This document shows positions 1 through 12,346 of a DNA stretch of 64,000 bases, in pieces. Both the position numbers and the translations under genes were made by a program. Where the stretch lies: positions 256,001-320,000 of the forward strand of contig CAVVLO010000002.1 in the NCBI GenBank assembly GCA_963749155.1. Reading direction: 5' to 3'. The notes beneath the pieces are model-generated. The model searched no databases. It was not told the DNA's origin and saw nothing but the letters and a program-made list of their open reading frames with translations. Position 1 is the stretch's first letter. Each line of letters starts with the position of its first letter. Origin of the DNA: an uncultured Armatimonadia bacterium (GTDB taxonomy: Bacteria > Armatimonadota > Zipacnadia > CAVVLO01).

Positions 1-298
1 TGTCTACCCACGGCAGGAACCAGGCATCCCAGTCTTTCTCCCACATATGGTCAACGCCCCCTGGGAAGGGGCCTGACCCCCAGTAGATGCCTCCCTCATC
101 AACTGAGAGATGCCTTCTGAGATACTCGTTGAGGAAGGCGTCATACTCGGGATCGTCTGTATAGAAGGCTGGCAGCCGGCTCCAGTCGGGCTCCAGTTGG
201 GCGTTCGGGAGGGTCAGTCTGGGCTGCCGCGGTTCACTGGCTGGCTGGCCCAGGGCCAGGCCTGCAAGCAGGATGATAAGTAAAACTGCGATTATCAT
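1..298 (-). CDS. Secreted hypothetical protein, 5' part only (runs off window start)
   Basis: Manual translation from ATG at 298: MIIAVLLIILLAGLALGQPASEPRQPRLTLPNAQLEPDWSRLPAFYTDDPEYDAFLNEYLRRHL...; signal peptide; GAGG RBS upstream. Confidence 0.75.
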   Translation of the reverse strand, partial: MIIAVLLIILLAGLALGQPASEPRQPRLTLPNAQLEPDWSRLPAFYTDDPEYDAFLNEYLRRHLSVDEGGIYWGSGPFPGGVDHMWEKDWDAWFLPWVD

Positions 299-345
299 AT
301 CTAGCCTCATTGAGACACTCCAAAAATGGTTAGCTTGTTTCGGGA

Positions 346-396
346 TTCGCGGCCAAAAGGCAGCGTCCTGCAGGGGATAGGGTCTTCTCTGTTGAA
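346..396. promoter_or_regulatory. Back-to-back sigmaH-like promoters for the divergent genes
   Basis: + strand GCAGGG(370-375)-N15-GTTGAA; - strand GCAGGA(371-366)-N14-CGCGAAT; both overlap the palindrome CCTGCAGG. Confidence 0.5.
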
Positions 397-433
397 GCTT
401 GCGCTAGCGCAAAGAGTCTGGAGGCGACCTTAA

Positions 434-1660
434 ATGACGACCGAACTGGCCTTTGTTGTTGTTTTCCTGTCCTTGCTGCTTGTGTTGAATGCTGTCGCAC
501 AAGACCTTCCAAGCTTCGAACAGCAGGAGTTCCTCCTTAGTTTCTGGGTAGATCCCCCTGCGGACCAACAGACCGACGAACGCTATGCCGAGATCGCCGA
601 GGCTAATTTCAATGTGGTGATGGGAGGCTATGGCGGTACGAGTCCAGAGGCTGTGGAGAAGCAACTTGCCCTGTGCCAGACACACGGCCTCGGCCTGCTC
701 GCGCGCTGTCCAGACATCCCCTTCGACCAGTTGCCCGACGGGCCGGCCTGCTGGGGTTATGTGCTGCGCGATGAGCCGAGTGTGGCAGATTATCCTGGTT
801 TGGCCAGGCAAGTGGCAGACCTGCGGATTGCCAGGCCTGGCAGGCTTGGCTATATCAACCTCTTCCCCGATTATGCCAACGAACAGCAGCTTGGTGTGCC
901 CACCTATGAAGAGCATGTCCGCCGCTTCGTGGACGAGGTGAAGCCGGATATCCTCTCGATGGACTATTACCCCTACTTCGGGCCGAACGACGATTGGCGC
1001 GATGGCTACTGCGGCAACGTCGCGGTGATGCGGGAGCATTCGCTAAGAGCGGGCATCCCCTTCTGGAACTTCTTCAATGTGATGCCTTTCGCCTTCCACA
1101 CTGACCCGACGACTGACCAGTTGCGCTGGCAGATGCACGCATCGATCACTTACGGCGCCAAGGGACTGATGTATTTCTGCTATTGGACGCCGGGCGGCCC
1201 CAAAGGTGGCGCCATCATCGCCCAAGATGGCCGCAAGACTCGCCACTGGTGGCAGGCGAAGCGACTGAATGCCGAGGTCAAGGCTCTGGGGCCAACGTTG
1301 ATGCAGCTCACCAGCACCAAGGTTACCAGGGTGAAGCCGGGCGAGGAGGCCGACCTTTCCGGCACAGGGCTTGTCAGACTCTGGCGCGCCGAGCCAGGAG
1401 CCGACCCCGAACTGGACCTGCTGGTGGGCGCTTTCAACCACGCGGACGGCCGCCACGCTGTGATGCTGATGAACTACCGCTACGCTTTTACCGCCTGGCC
1501 AAGTGTCGAATTCGACGTCCCCGCCGACCAGGTGCTGGAAGTGGACAAGCGCACTGGCGAAGCACAGCCAGTGATTGACGACAGTCCTGACCTCGAAGGG
1601 CTGCAGCTCTCACTGGATGCGGGCGAGGGCCGGCTGTTCTTGCTGCCCGCAAGCAAGTAG
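434..1660 (+). CDS. Secreted putative glycoside hydrolase (clan GH-A-like TIM barrel), paralog 1
   Basis: 408 aa, signal peptide, GYVLRDEP, YINLFP, SMDYYP and GAKGLMYFCYW motifs; GGAGG RBS. Confidence 0.7.
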   Translation: MTTELAFVVVFLSLLLVLNAVAQDLPSFEQQEFLLSFWVDPPADQQTDERYAEIAEANFNVVMGGYGGTSPEAVEKQLALCQTHGLGLLARCPDIPFDQLPDGPACWGYVLRDEPSVADYPGLARQVADLRIARPGRLGYINLFPDYANEQQLGVPTYEEHVRRFVDEVKPDILSMDYYPYFGPNDDWRDGYCGNVAVMREHSLRAGIPFWNFFNVMPFAFHTDPTTDQLRWQMHASITYGAKGLMYFCYWTPGGPKGGAIIAQDGRKTRHWWQAKRLNAEVKALGPTLMQLTSTKVTRVKPGEEADLSGTGLVRLWRAEPGADPELDLLVGAFNHADGRHAVMLMNYRYAFTAWPSVEFDVPADQVLEVDKRTGEAQPVIDDSPDLEGLQLSLDAGEGRLFLLPASK

Positions 1661-1708
1661 CAGCAGGGCACCTACTCTCTTTGCTGGATTTTATGGAGGT
1701 CTTGGTTT

Positions 1709-2947
1709 ATGAACACCGAGTTACTGGTTATCACCATCCTTTTCATATTGCTTGCGCTCTCGCTCGGAGTCGGAGCTCAGGACTTGCCCAGGTTCCATCA
1801 GAGACAATTCGCAATCAGCTTCTGGGTAGGCCCTCCTGCCGAATACGCCACCGATGAAGCCTATGCCCAGATACGGGAGGCTGGCTTCAATGTGGTGATG
1901 GGGGGCTTTGGTGGCAGCAGCCCTGAGGCAATGCAGCAGCAGATCGACCTTTGCCAGAAACACGGACTGCGACTGCTTGCTCACTCGCCTGGCACCCCGG
2001 CTGACCAACTGCCAGCCAGTCCGGCCATCTGGGGTTATATGCTGAGAGATGAACCCAACACCGCAGGTTTCGCAGAGCTCGCCACGCAGGTAGCCGAGAT
2101 TCGCGCTGCCAGGCCGTATAAGCTTTCCTACATAAATCTGCTGCCTGACTATGCCAACGCCGGCCAGCTTGGCGCGCCGACCTATACGGACTATGTGAAG
2201 CGCTTCATCGACGAGGTCAAGCCAGATGTCCTGTCGATGGACTACTATCCAATCTTCAAGCCCGAGGGAGACGGCCGCGATGGCTATTGCGGCTGCCTTG
2301 CTGTGATGCGTGAGCAGTCGCTTGAGGCGGGCATCCCGTACTGGAACTTCTTCAACGCGATGCCCTATGGCCCGCATACTGACCCGACCGAAGATCAGCT
2401 CCGGTGGCAAATTTATGCCACCCTCGTCTATGGGGCCAAGGGCATAATGTACTTCTGCTACTGGACGCCGCGCGGAGGAGAATTTCCCAAGGGAGGCGCC
2501 ATCGTAACCGCTGATGGTCGGCGGACGCGTCATTGGTGGCAGGCACAGCGCCTGAACTCCGAACTGCAGTTCCTCGGTTCCACCCTGATGCAGCTTACCA
2601 GCACCAAGGTCACACGTGTGAAGCCAGGGGAGGAAGCCGACCTTACCGGCACAGGCCTCGCGCGCCTCTGGCGGGCCGAGCCTGCGGCTGATCCGGAACT
2701 CGATCTGCTGATTGGCTCCTTTATACACCGAGACGGTCGCCGCGCTGTGTTGCTGATGAACTATCGGTTCGCCCACACCGCCTGGCCGAGTGTCGAGTTT
2801 GAAGTGCCAGCCGACCAGGTGCTGGAAGTGGACAAGCGGACCGGCGAGGAGCGCCCTGTGATTGACGACAGCCCTGACCTTGAAGGCTTGCAGGTCTCAC
2901 TGGATGCAGGTGAGGGCCGGTTGTTCTTGCTGCCAGCCAGTGAATGA
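1709..2947 (+). CDS. Secreted putative glycoside hydrolase, tandem paralog 2
   Basis: 412 aa, colinear with 434..1660 (GYMLRDEP, SMDYYP, near-identical C-terminus); GGAGG RBS. Confidence 0.7.
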   Translation: MNTELLVITILFILLALSLGVGAQDLPRFHQRQFAISFWVGPPAEYATDEAYAQIREAGFNVVMGGFGGSSPEAMQQQIDLCQKHGLRLLAHSPGTPADQLPASPAIWGYMLRDEPNTAGFAELATQVAEIRAARPYKLSYINLLPDYANAGQLGAPTYTDYVKRFIDEVKPDVLSMDYYPIFKPEGDGRDGYCGCLAVMREQSLEAGIPYWNFFNAMPYGPHTDPTEDQLRWQIYATLVYGAKGIMYFCYWTPRGGEFPKGGAIVTADGRRTRHWWQAQRLNSELQFLGSTLMQLTSTKVTRVKPGEEADLTGTGLARLWRAEPAADPELDLLIGSFIHRDGRRAVLLMNYRFAHTAWPSVEFEVPADQVLEVDKRTGEERPVIDDSPDLEGLQVSLDAGEGRLFLLPASE

Positions 2948-2957
2948 GGTGTAGAGG

Positions 2958-5506
2958 ATGAAACGTATTGCGCTGCTGCTTCTGCTGCTTGCGGTCGCGG
3001 GTCTGGCAGGCAGCCGCCCACTCGAGACCTGGCGCTTTGAGGGCTTCGGCTCCTGGGCCAACAGCAACGTGCAGAGCGCCGTCGGCCTGCCAGGCGAAGA
3101 GGGTACGGTACTGGAGCCCGAGGGTGCCATAGCCGGCCCGAACGTCCGGCTCGAGCTTACCCTCAATGGCGAGGCCTTGGTGACCGAGGCCCAGCCCCGG
3201 ACGCTGATTGAAGGGCGCTTGCCACTGGTGGAGACCGAGCGCAGCACTGGGGAGATAACAGCAAGACTTACGCTCTTCCGCGCCCCGGTTGAGGGACGTC
3301 CAGACATCGCTTTGGTGAAACTCGCTAACTCCGGTTCGACGGCGAGGACTTGCCACCTCGGCTTCACCGCGACGCTGGGGCAGGGCGAGTCGCCTGTTGT
3401 CGGTGATTCACTAATCCAGCAGGAAAAGGTCGTCCTCCTGACAAGCCCTGGCTCTGGCCTGGCGGTACAGAATACGGATCTGCGGGCCGAGTCGCTCGTG
3501 GCTGGGATATCGCGCTGGGCAACGGTCGGCGCCAAGGTGCAACAGGCTTTCGGCAATATCCGGGTCGGCTGGGGAGGAGAGCCCATCAGGTACCACTATA
3601 CCTGCGAGCCGGGCGCCAGAGCGAAAGTCTTTCTCGGCTTGATGGAAGGCTACTGGCACGAGGCGGGCCAGCGAGTGCAGTGGTTCCAGGTCGAAGGCGC
3701 CCCTTCGGTCTCTCTCGACCTTTACTCCGAACACGGCAACTCGCCTTTCATCCTGCCCTTCGAGGCGAGTGACACCAATGGTGACGGCCAAATCGATATC
3801 GCGACCGGCCCGGCCCCAGGTGCAGGCGATATCAACAGCCTGCTCAACGTTATCTGGGTCTTCCCACCGAGCAGGGAGGTTGCAGATACCGACCTGATCC
3901 AGGGTACTGCCAACGCGCAGGCACTGGCCTGGGTGGACTGCGGGGTCAGCGACCTTTTTCAGGCTACCGGCGGCTGGGACTTAAGCCTGGCGCCCGGCGA
4001 AACGCTCGAGCGCTGGCTGTTGATGCCCAGCGCCCCTGTGGAACAGCTCGGGGCCTTCGACGTGGCGAAGCTGAAGGTTAGCACCATCGGCTGGTGGCAA
4101 CGCTTCAACTCGAGACTTGCCCACTACCAGGTGCCCGATTCTGCCGTGATGGACATGTATTACGCCTCGGTCGCCAACGTCGCCATCGCCGCCGACCGGG
4201 TTGGCGAGTATCTGGTGGTGAAGCCGGGCGAGACCATCTACGATGGCTTCTGGTACCGCGATGGCGCCTATCTGCAGCAGGCGCTGGACCTTTCCGGGCT
4301 TGCCGAGATGGCCCGCGATGCGATCAAGCCCTTCTACCACCAGGGGCTGCCGGACGAATTGAAGTACATCGAGCAGCGGCCGGACGGCTCCTGGCAGCAA
4401 CCCCCGCTCGAATGGGACGGGATGGGCCAGGCGCCCTGGGCTATCCTGCGCCACTCGGAGCTTGCCGGCGATATGAAGACGCTGCAAGAAGCCTGGCCGG
4501 CGCTTGCCCGCGGGGCCGACTGGACTATCAAGGCGCGCGCGGAAAACTCCGCCGACCTCTCGCCGGACGCTCCTGGTTATGGGCTGCTGCCTATCGGCGA
4601 GGGCGAGGCCATCGCACACGGGTATATCTACTACCACAACTTCTGGGCCTTGTATGGATTGGAGTTGACTGCGCGCGCCGCCCGCCTACTGGGCCAGAGG
4701 GAAGAGGAGCCGATTACTACCAGGCGGCCTGGGACGAGTATCGCAAGGCCCTCTATCAGTCCATCCGGCGCTGGTGGGTGTCCACCGAGGAGGGCGGCTA
4801 TGTGCCCGGCGAGCCGGGCAAGCCCGCTACCCGGGTCTGGGGCGATGTGAATCTGCTCTGGCCTTGTGGAGTCTACTCTCCAGGCAACCGCTTGTTGCGA
4901 CAGACTCTCGACTTCCTCGAAAGCAACAACCTCGAAGGGCAATACCAGTTCATCACCAACGTGAAGATATGGCCGTATATCTCCACCGACTGGGCCCAGA
5001 CTTATCTGCGACTCGGAGAGCGCGAGAAGGCTCAAGGACTCTTCTGGGCATACCTCAACCACGCGGCGACGAACCGGGCCTGGATAGAGGAGATCTATCC
5101 TGACGCCACCCGCGTCGGCACAGGCGATATGCCCCACTGCTGGGCAGCGGCTGATTACATAATGCTGCTGCGTGCGCTGCTGGTGAATGAGGGCCCAGGT
5201 GACACGCTGGAACTGCTCTCCGGAGCACCTCGCGCCTGGTTACTCGGCGAAGGCATCCAGGTGAAGCGGGCGCCAACGACTCACGGCGAGTTAAACTTGT
5301 CAGCGAAAATCAGGGGCAGTCGGCTTGTGATCGAACTGGACTCGCCGGATCGTTCTCCAGCTTGTCTCAAACTCGACCTGGCGGGCTTGCTTGGCGCCTG
5401 TGTGCCGGAGGTTTTTGTAAACGGCAAGTCGCTGGAGCCCGAGGGCGGCCAAGTTTGGCTGGTGACCTTGCCGAACGAGCACTCCAGCCTGGAGGTACCT
5501 CTCTAG
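2958..5506 (+). CDS. Secreted (alpha/alpha)6 glycosidase-like protein with malectin-like insert (frameshift near 4710)
   Basis: ORFs 2958..4850 and 4094..5506 join; YDGFWYRDGAY, EWDGMGQAPWA and GDMPHCWAAADY motifs; signal peptide. Confidence 0.65.
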
Positions 5507-5507
5507 G

Positions 5508-7587
5508 ATGCGGGCCGCTTTCTTGCTGGCGTTTGCACTGCTCGCGTCTTGGACCTGGGCGAGTGCCTTCCAGACCTTGGTCGAGGATTATGAGAGCTTC
5601 CCAGTGGGGCAAGGCTATGCCTCGGTGAGGTGGGAAGGGCCGATAACGCTCACGCCACCGTGCATCCAGCGCGCTCCGGACGGCGGCAAGCGGTTGGGCT
5701 TCTCCTTCGCTACGACAGTGCCCGCAGACGAGTGGTTCGAGGCAGAAGCGGCAGCCAACACCGGAGCCGTCGTCTACTCGGATCCCAATGCCTCGGGGGG
5801 ACAGGCCATCGGCTCCTTTGGGGAGAAAGCCGGCGACTACCTGGAGTTCGCCGACCTGCCCCGCGCGAGCAAGCTGACCCTCTACTACAATAATGGCACC
5901 GGCAAGACGACCCAGGCGGGGCTGTATATCGCCGGCAAACGCGTGGCGACCCTCTCCTTCCCAGACACAGGTGGCTGGTACTCCGTATTCAAGCCATTGA
6001 TATGGGAAGGAACCGTCTCCGGTCCTGTCCGCTTGCAGACCGACACTGAGGATGTCGCCGCCAATGGCACCTTCTGCTGCAACCTCGATGCTATCAGCCT
6101 CGGAGAACCCAGCGCCCAGCCGACTTTCGTTTTGGTAGTACCCTTGATTGCACCCGATCTCGATCAGCCGGTCGAGGCAGTGAGCTTCGAACTCGGCAGT
6201 CCTGGTCTGAAACTGCAGTTCGGCGTGCTGGAGGGCCCTGGCAACCGCCTGCTGTGGAGCGAGCCTTTCTACCCGCGCGGCACGGCGCCAGGCGCGCCTC
6301 AAGAACTGGCTACTGAGGTGACTGGGCGGTATACGATTCTGCTCGCCGACCTCAAGCCTGCTGTCCACAGCCTGCCTGCAGGCTCGATTAAAGAGCTGCG
6401 GATCAGGGCCACCTGTCCGCGCACGACCTTCAGCGGGCAGCCTGTGGGTGGACAACGTCATCCTCGCCTCGGGCTGGCCTTCGACTCCGCCTGCAGACTG
6501 CCCTTTCGAGCCTTCGCGCGACCTGGCAGGCATCAGCTTCACCGGGCGCCACATTGAATACACCAACGCCGATACCTGGTATCCGACCTGGGCCGCTGAT
6601 GGCAACCTTTACTCGCCCTTCACCGATGGCAGCGTGGACGGGGTGATGTCTCTCTCGGACAACGCCAACGCCACCACTGGGATGGCTGTCATCGAAGGGG
6701 ACGACCCGCTGGCGCTGAAGGTGACGCCGCTTGGCATCTACACTTCGCGCCCCTGGCCCTTCGCCACGCGCTACCCCTGTGGCAGCCTCATCGCCAAGGG
6801 CGTGTGGTATTTCGGCACTTACATCCTTAACGGAGACGGGCGACCAAACGGCGAGAACACGATGCAGGGGCCCTTCGTGGGTTTTCGTACCTCAACTGAT
6901 TATGGCAAGAATTGGACCGAGACGCCCCGAACCCCGCTGGACAATCTCTTTGGCGAACTGGTGGACATGGTGCCAGGCGGCTACAGCCGCATCAAGATGG
7001 GCTCCCCGCACTTCGTAGACTTCGGGCAGGAGCTGGAGCACTCACCCGATGGCATGGCCTATCTGCTCGCCCACGGTAATACCGACCCGGCGCGTCCTCA
7101 GACCTGGATACTCGGCGACAACGTTTATCTCGTCCGCGCCAAACCAACACTCGAAACGCTTAACGACCGAGACTCCTACGAGGCCTTTTGCGGTTATGAG
7201 GCTTCAGGCAAGGCAAAATGGGGCAGATTTCAGGACATCCAGCCACTGCTGTCCTGGCCTGGCCGGACGGGCTGCGTTACTGCTACCTACAATGCGCCGC
7301 TGGAAAAGTACTTTATGTGCGTGAGCACCGGTGAGCATGTCTGGTCACCCTTCGACACCTATATACTGGAAGCCGACGACCTGACCGGCCCCTGGCGGCT
7401 GGTGACCTATATGAGGGAGTTCGGGCGGCAGGCATACTTCGTTAACCTGCCAAGCAAGTTCATCAGCGAGGACGGGCTGACGATGTGGCTTTGCTACAGC
7501 GCCAACTGGACGGGCCACGACGCCAGCCCCCGGTATGGGCGATATGGGATGTGCCTGCGCGAGATACGCCTGGTGCCGAAAGATTAG
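5508..7587 (+). CDS. Secreted CBM6/CBM35-like plus beta-propeller (DUF4185-like) protein (frameshift near 6445)
   Basis: ORFs 5508..6557 and 6448..7587; FEAEAA...ASGGQAIG...FPDTGGW CBM pattern; ADTWYPTWAADG and STDYGKNW in the C-terminal part. Confidence 0.6.
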
Positions 7588-10192
7588 CCCGCGACTTGCA
7601 CCAGCAGGTGGTGGACAACATCGTCATCCTGCAAGGCCGGAAGCAGTGACCCGGGCAGCCCCTTGCCGTCGAGCCACAGACCCGGCTCGTTGGCTCGTTT
7701 TACCTCGATGTCATAGTACACGCCGCGCAGCTCCAGCCCTTCGACCTGGAAGCCCCCCCAGTCACTGGGCAGGTGCGGATCCAGCGCCAGCCCGCCTGCC
7801 TTCAGTTCGAGTCCAAGCAGGCCAAAGAGCAGCGCCCTCACCGAGCGTCCTGCCGTCCAGGAATAGCCTCGACTGGTTACCTGGCCCTCCGGCGTGAAGG
7901 CCTCGGGGGCACAATAACCCAAAGCAGCTTCCTGCGCCTGCCCACTTGCGCGCCAGTGTGATTGCATCATCAGACCTGCCGGTGACGAAGAGGGCATGGA
8001 CGAGATTCCAGCGCATAAAAGCCCAGACCAGCCCCGAGCCAGGCACCGCATGGTCGGCGTCGAGATGCAGGGGGCCCCACTCCGTCATCGACGGCGGGGT
8101 AAGGAGACGCGCAAGACTGGTAGAGGTAAGCTCCGACGTCGCAAAGCCATACTCCAGCGGCAGCACTGCGTTATGGTTGGTGGCGGGCGCCCGGTTGTGG
8201 TCAGCGTCCAGCCAGCCGGCATAACCCTCCACTCCGCCGAATCGCTGGTTGATGGCTTGGCTGATCGCTTCAGCTTGCAGCTGACCACTCGACGGAAAGC
8301 TCGTGACTGCCTGCGAGTCCAGCGGCTTCTGCCCCAAGCTTGAAGGCCTGATACCAGAAGCTACTGGCATAAAGCAGCTCGTGATCCCACGGACGCGGAT
8401 CAGGATGCTCGGGGAAGGTAGAGGTATCCCAGTCATCCAGGCTATCTCCATCCGAATCAAATTCGGAGAAGCGTTCCAGCGCCTGCTGGATGCGCGGAAA
8501 GAAAGACTCGGTCAGGCGTCCATCTCCGCTCCACAGCAGCAAGCCTGCCGCTCCGATAACCCACTGGGGCAGTTGGCCTATCTTGAGACTTGAGCAGAAG
8601 ACCGTCCCATCGCCGGAGATCCACTCGACTGACTCAGGCGCGCCAAACCGCCACAGCGCATCAAGAGTAGCCTCGAGTGTTGGGTAGAACTGTTGGCCTA
8701 GTAATCCCCCTTCCAGCGCCGACTGGCAGCAGTCGTTGGCGAAGACGCCGTGATAGACAGGTGAGGCGGTAAGCACAGTTACAAGCTCATTGGCTGCCCC
8801 CTCTCCAAGCGAGGCTGGCTCGCCGAAAGGCAGCGTCCTGGTATCTCGCAGCGCCCAGAGCTTGCTCTGCTCGAAATAGTAATCAAGCGCAGGCACAGGA
8901 GTGATGAGTTTTGGAGTTGCGGCCAAAAATCCCTGGGCCTCGCTTCGCACTGCAGCAGCTTCTACCTCGGCGTTATGCAACAAGCCCTGGGCCAGCGCGC
9001 GCAAGGAGGCTCCGGTGTCAGAAGCCTCCTGGTCGGCTGCGACTACAAGAATCAGTTGCTTGTGTTGCCCAGGCGCCAGGTTCAATTTGGTACTGCCGGC
9101 TGCCTTGCGCGCAGAGACGCCAGGTGGAGCAGCAAATTCCCAGGTCAGAGTTTCTGGTCCAGTGAGCGCAACCAGTTTCAGTTCCGGAAATTCAGAGTCT
9201 ACTGCGAGCAGTCCACCCTCAATCAGGCCAAGGTGGTCGGGCGCTCGCCTCGCGAATTTCTGGAACCACCCCACATTGGGCTCAAGCTGCGCGCTAACCG
9301 ATACCTGAGCCGGGTGAGATGCCGGATTGTGAAGCTTCAAGATAACCAGTAGCGCAGGCGCCTGGCGCGCGGGATACCACTCCAGCCTTCCCGTTACGCC
9401 AGAGGGCCAGATATGGCGACTTGCTACCCAGTTATGCCCTGTCCGACTGCCGACCAATTCAGCGCCATCGAGTTTGAAGGTCAGCTTGCTGACCCCTTCG
9501 AGCGGGGAGAAAGAGATCGGTCCGGCTGCCATATTCTCTGGGCTTACACTGGCAACACAGCGTCTGCCACTGAGATAAACTGAGTTTTCGCTGTCCACCG
9601 CTCCAAAACCTGAGGCGCCGGCATCGAGGAAAGCAAGCACCTGCGAATCGAGTTGGCCGGTCACAAGAAGCTTCTCGGCCCCCTCGGGAAGCTCCTGGGG
9701 TAGCAGCCACAGGGCGTTTAGTATGCAGTTTTGATCTACGCTGGCCGGATTGGCTCGCACCTCAAAGTAGAGCCAGCCATCCCGATCACTATCAACCGCT
9801 TCGAGCAGCACTACAAAAGGGTGATTTTGCCCCCCGCCATCTACTATCAGATCAACTGTGGCGCTCTGTTTGCCCTCAACCAGCAGGTCCACCAGGCGCT
9901 TGCCGGGCTCGTTCCAGTGGCTTTCACAGAACCCGGCTGCAATGGTGGCAGAGGAGCCTGCTTCTACCTTGGTGACATAGACCAGAGGGCTTCCCGCAAG
10001 ACCCACATCGACACTTTGGAAAGCAGGAGAGGCAGGCCCAATCGGATGCGCCCAGCCTGCCAGTTGCAGCGCTTGGCCTGGAGAAGCCTCGAACCACTGG
10101 CCTGCACTAGATGGCCTCACCACAGCCACCAGGAAGAAACCTGACATTAGCCCAACCCAAACAAGCCAGGCAGCCGAAGCGCCACCCATCAT
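7584..10192 (-). CDS. Secreted (alpha/alpha)6 glycosidase-like protein (GH63/GH78/GH65-C-like) with malectin-like N-terminal domain (two frameshifts)
   Basis: ORFs 8270..10192, 7762..8460 and 7584..8051 join; FDSDGDSL, PEAF...YSWTAG and LDPHLPSDW motifs. Confidence 0.6.
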
Positions 10193-12346
10193 TCCTGCTC
10201 CTTCCAGGCATCCAGGTACCAGGAATAAACGCAGGCGCCGGCAGGCTCCAGTTCGTCAATCAGCGTGTCGCCCTCCAGCCTGGGAGTCGCTGCGCCAAAT
10301 AGCGGCTGGACCGCGCCGAGTGGTTGTAGTGAATCCGGCAGGGCAAGCCTGAGCGTGGCCGGCTCGCGGGTTGGATTTACCACAACGCAAAAGATGGCGC
10401 CTTCATGCTGCCAGGCCTGGACGTGAAGTCCTCCCCCCTCGAGGGCAGTCTCTCCCAGAACCGGAAACCCTTCCGTAAGTGCCGGAGTTAATGTCCTGAG
10501 TTCCTCAGCCAGCCGTTCGAACTCGGTCGCCCGTTCATAAGCGGGGATGCTCCAGGGCCACCATAGCAATCCCGCAGCCCCGTGGACCAGCGCCTGGTAT
10601 TGCATATTGCGCAGTTCCTCATAAGTTGGAGGAGCGCCCTCTCCACCGACCTGGTCCCACCCAAATCCCTGTGGGGTCATCCAGACGACTTGTTCCGAAG
10701 AGCTGCCTTTGACCAACTGCTCTGTCCAGTCGCCTACCTGAGAAAGCGGCATATGGGGGATTGGGTACGGATCTGCCATTACCACATCCGCGCAGCCTGC
10801 ATAAGAGGGGGCCATTGAGGGATTGTTGGTCAGCACCAGCACCGGATGCTTGTCGTCGATAGCTTTGATGGCCTGGTAAGCCTCTGCCAGTATCTCGGGC
10901 GTGTCGCCGTAAGCTTCAGGCTCATCGGCCAGGTACCAGGCAAAGGTCGTCGGATGGTCTTTCCAGCGAGAAACGAGGGCCTTGATGCCCTCAAAATCCT
11001 TTTTGCCGCGCAGATATTTGGCCAGGTCAGGCAGCCATAACAAGCCGAAAGACCCCTCTTGATCCAGCCAGCTCTCGAAGTCGGATTGCTCCTGCATATC
11101 AGCTTCCATGACGGCCAGACGATAACCGGCCTGGTACATCTGACGCCGGGCCTCGGTCGCTTCATCGCCCCTGTGGACCAGTAAAAACCCAAGTGGCAAG
11201 AGAGACTCGCCATTGAGCAGGCAGTGTTTTTGCTCATCGAAAGTGACAGTGTTGCCGGACTGAGCAAGAGGCGGCAGCTTGATAACCTCGCGCTCGAGCT
11301 TGAAATCCTTTAAGCCAGGCCGCTCAAGCGTGGCAGACAGGACATATTCACCGGGTTTGGCGTTCTCGAGCGAGAAGGCGAAATCATCCTGGCCAGGCAC
11401 AACTGGGGCAATTGTCTGCCTTAAGGTCACCCCTTTACCCGCCAAGGGTGAGACTCAGGCTTGCACCTTTCAGATGCTCTGGTTTCGCAAGGATTTCAAA
11501 CTTGCCCAGCAGTTCAGTCTCTTCACGCACATAAGGTTGCTTCAGCTCTAGCCTGACAGGCTCAAGGTCATCTTCAGAAAGCTTGTAAGGCTGCACGGCA
11601 CGCGCCAGCACCTTGCCGTCAGCATCGCGCAAGGTTGCGGTACAGACTCCCTCGCCCGGCTCTCTCAAGGGCCAATTGGCTAGCACTGCGCCTACTCTAG
11701 GAAGGGGAAGCTCTCGATACCGGGGTAAATCTCCCTTGGGGATAATCGCAGTCTCAAGCCTGGCTTTAACGGGTACAGCCCCAGAAAAAGCAATCCGCCC
11801 AATCTGGCCCCCAAGCTCCTTGGGCACAGGCAGTTCAAGCTTGAGCGAGAAGCCATCGGTCGTGACAGGTTCGTCTGCAGTGTCTTTGCCTGTCAGCACA
11901 AGCTCGAAAACACAAGCGCCAAAGCCCTCTTTTTCTGGAAAAGAGCGCTCGCCTTTGAGCAGCAGCAAGCCTTTGCCCAGATTTTCTGTTAACGACAGCT
12001 CATACCAGCCCTGGTTACTACCGCTCTGGGCAAACTCGAGATTCTCGAGCACCTGCTGCCAGGTGTTGCCATCAGTACTCAGGCTGAAGCGGTAGTTGTT
12101 GAGCAGTTCAAGTTTGGCTGTAGCCTCGGTCGCATCGCGCAGATCGAGTTGCCAGACGAAATAGGAATCTGGAAACTCAGCATTCCGAACGTTGCGGTTC
12201 CAGCCTGGCAAGACAAACTGGCGCGAGTTGTCTTCAGTGAGCAAGGCTCGCTCGGAGAGGCTTCCCGCGGGGAAGTGAGCCTCGAAATCGCGCGCCCAGA
12301 CAGCACAAGATGCCAGCACAAGCAGCAGTGCGACGACTAACCTCAC
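10189..12346 (-). CDS. Secreted putative glycoside hydrolase (GH-A-like; frameshift near 11440)
   Basis: ORFs 11435..12346 and 10189..11445; signal peptide; AWYLADEP, MADPYP and ALVHGAAGLLWW motifs. Confidence 0.6.
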
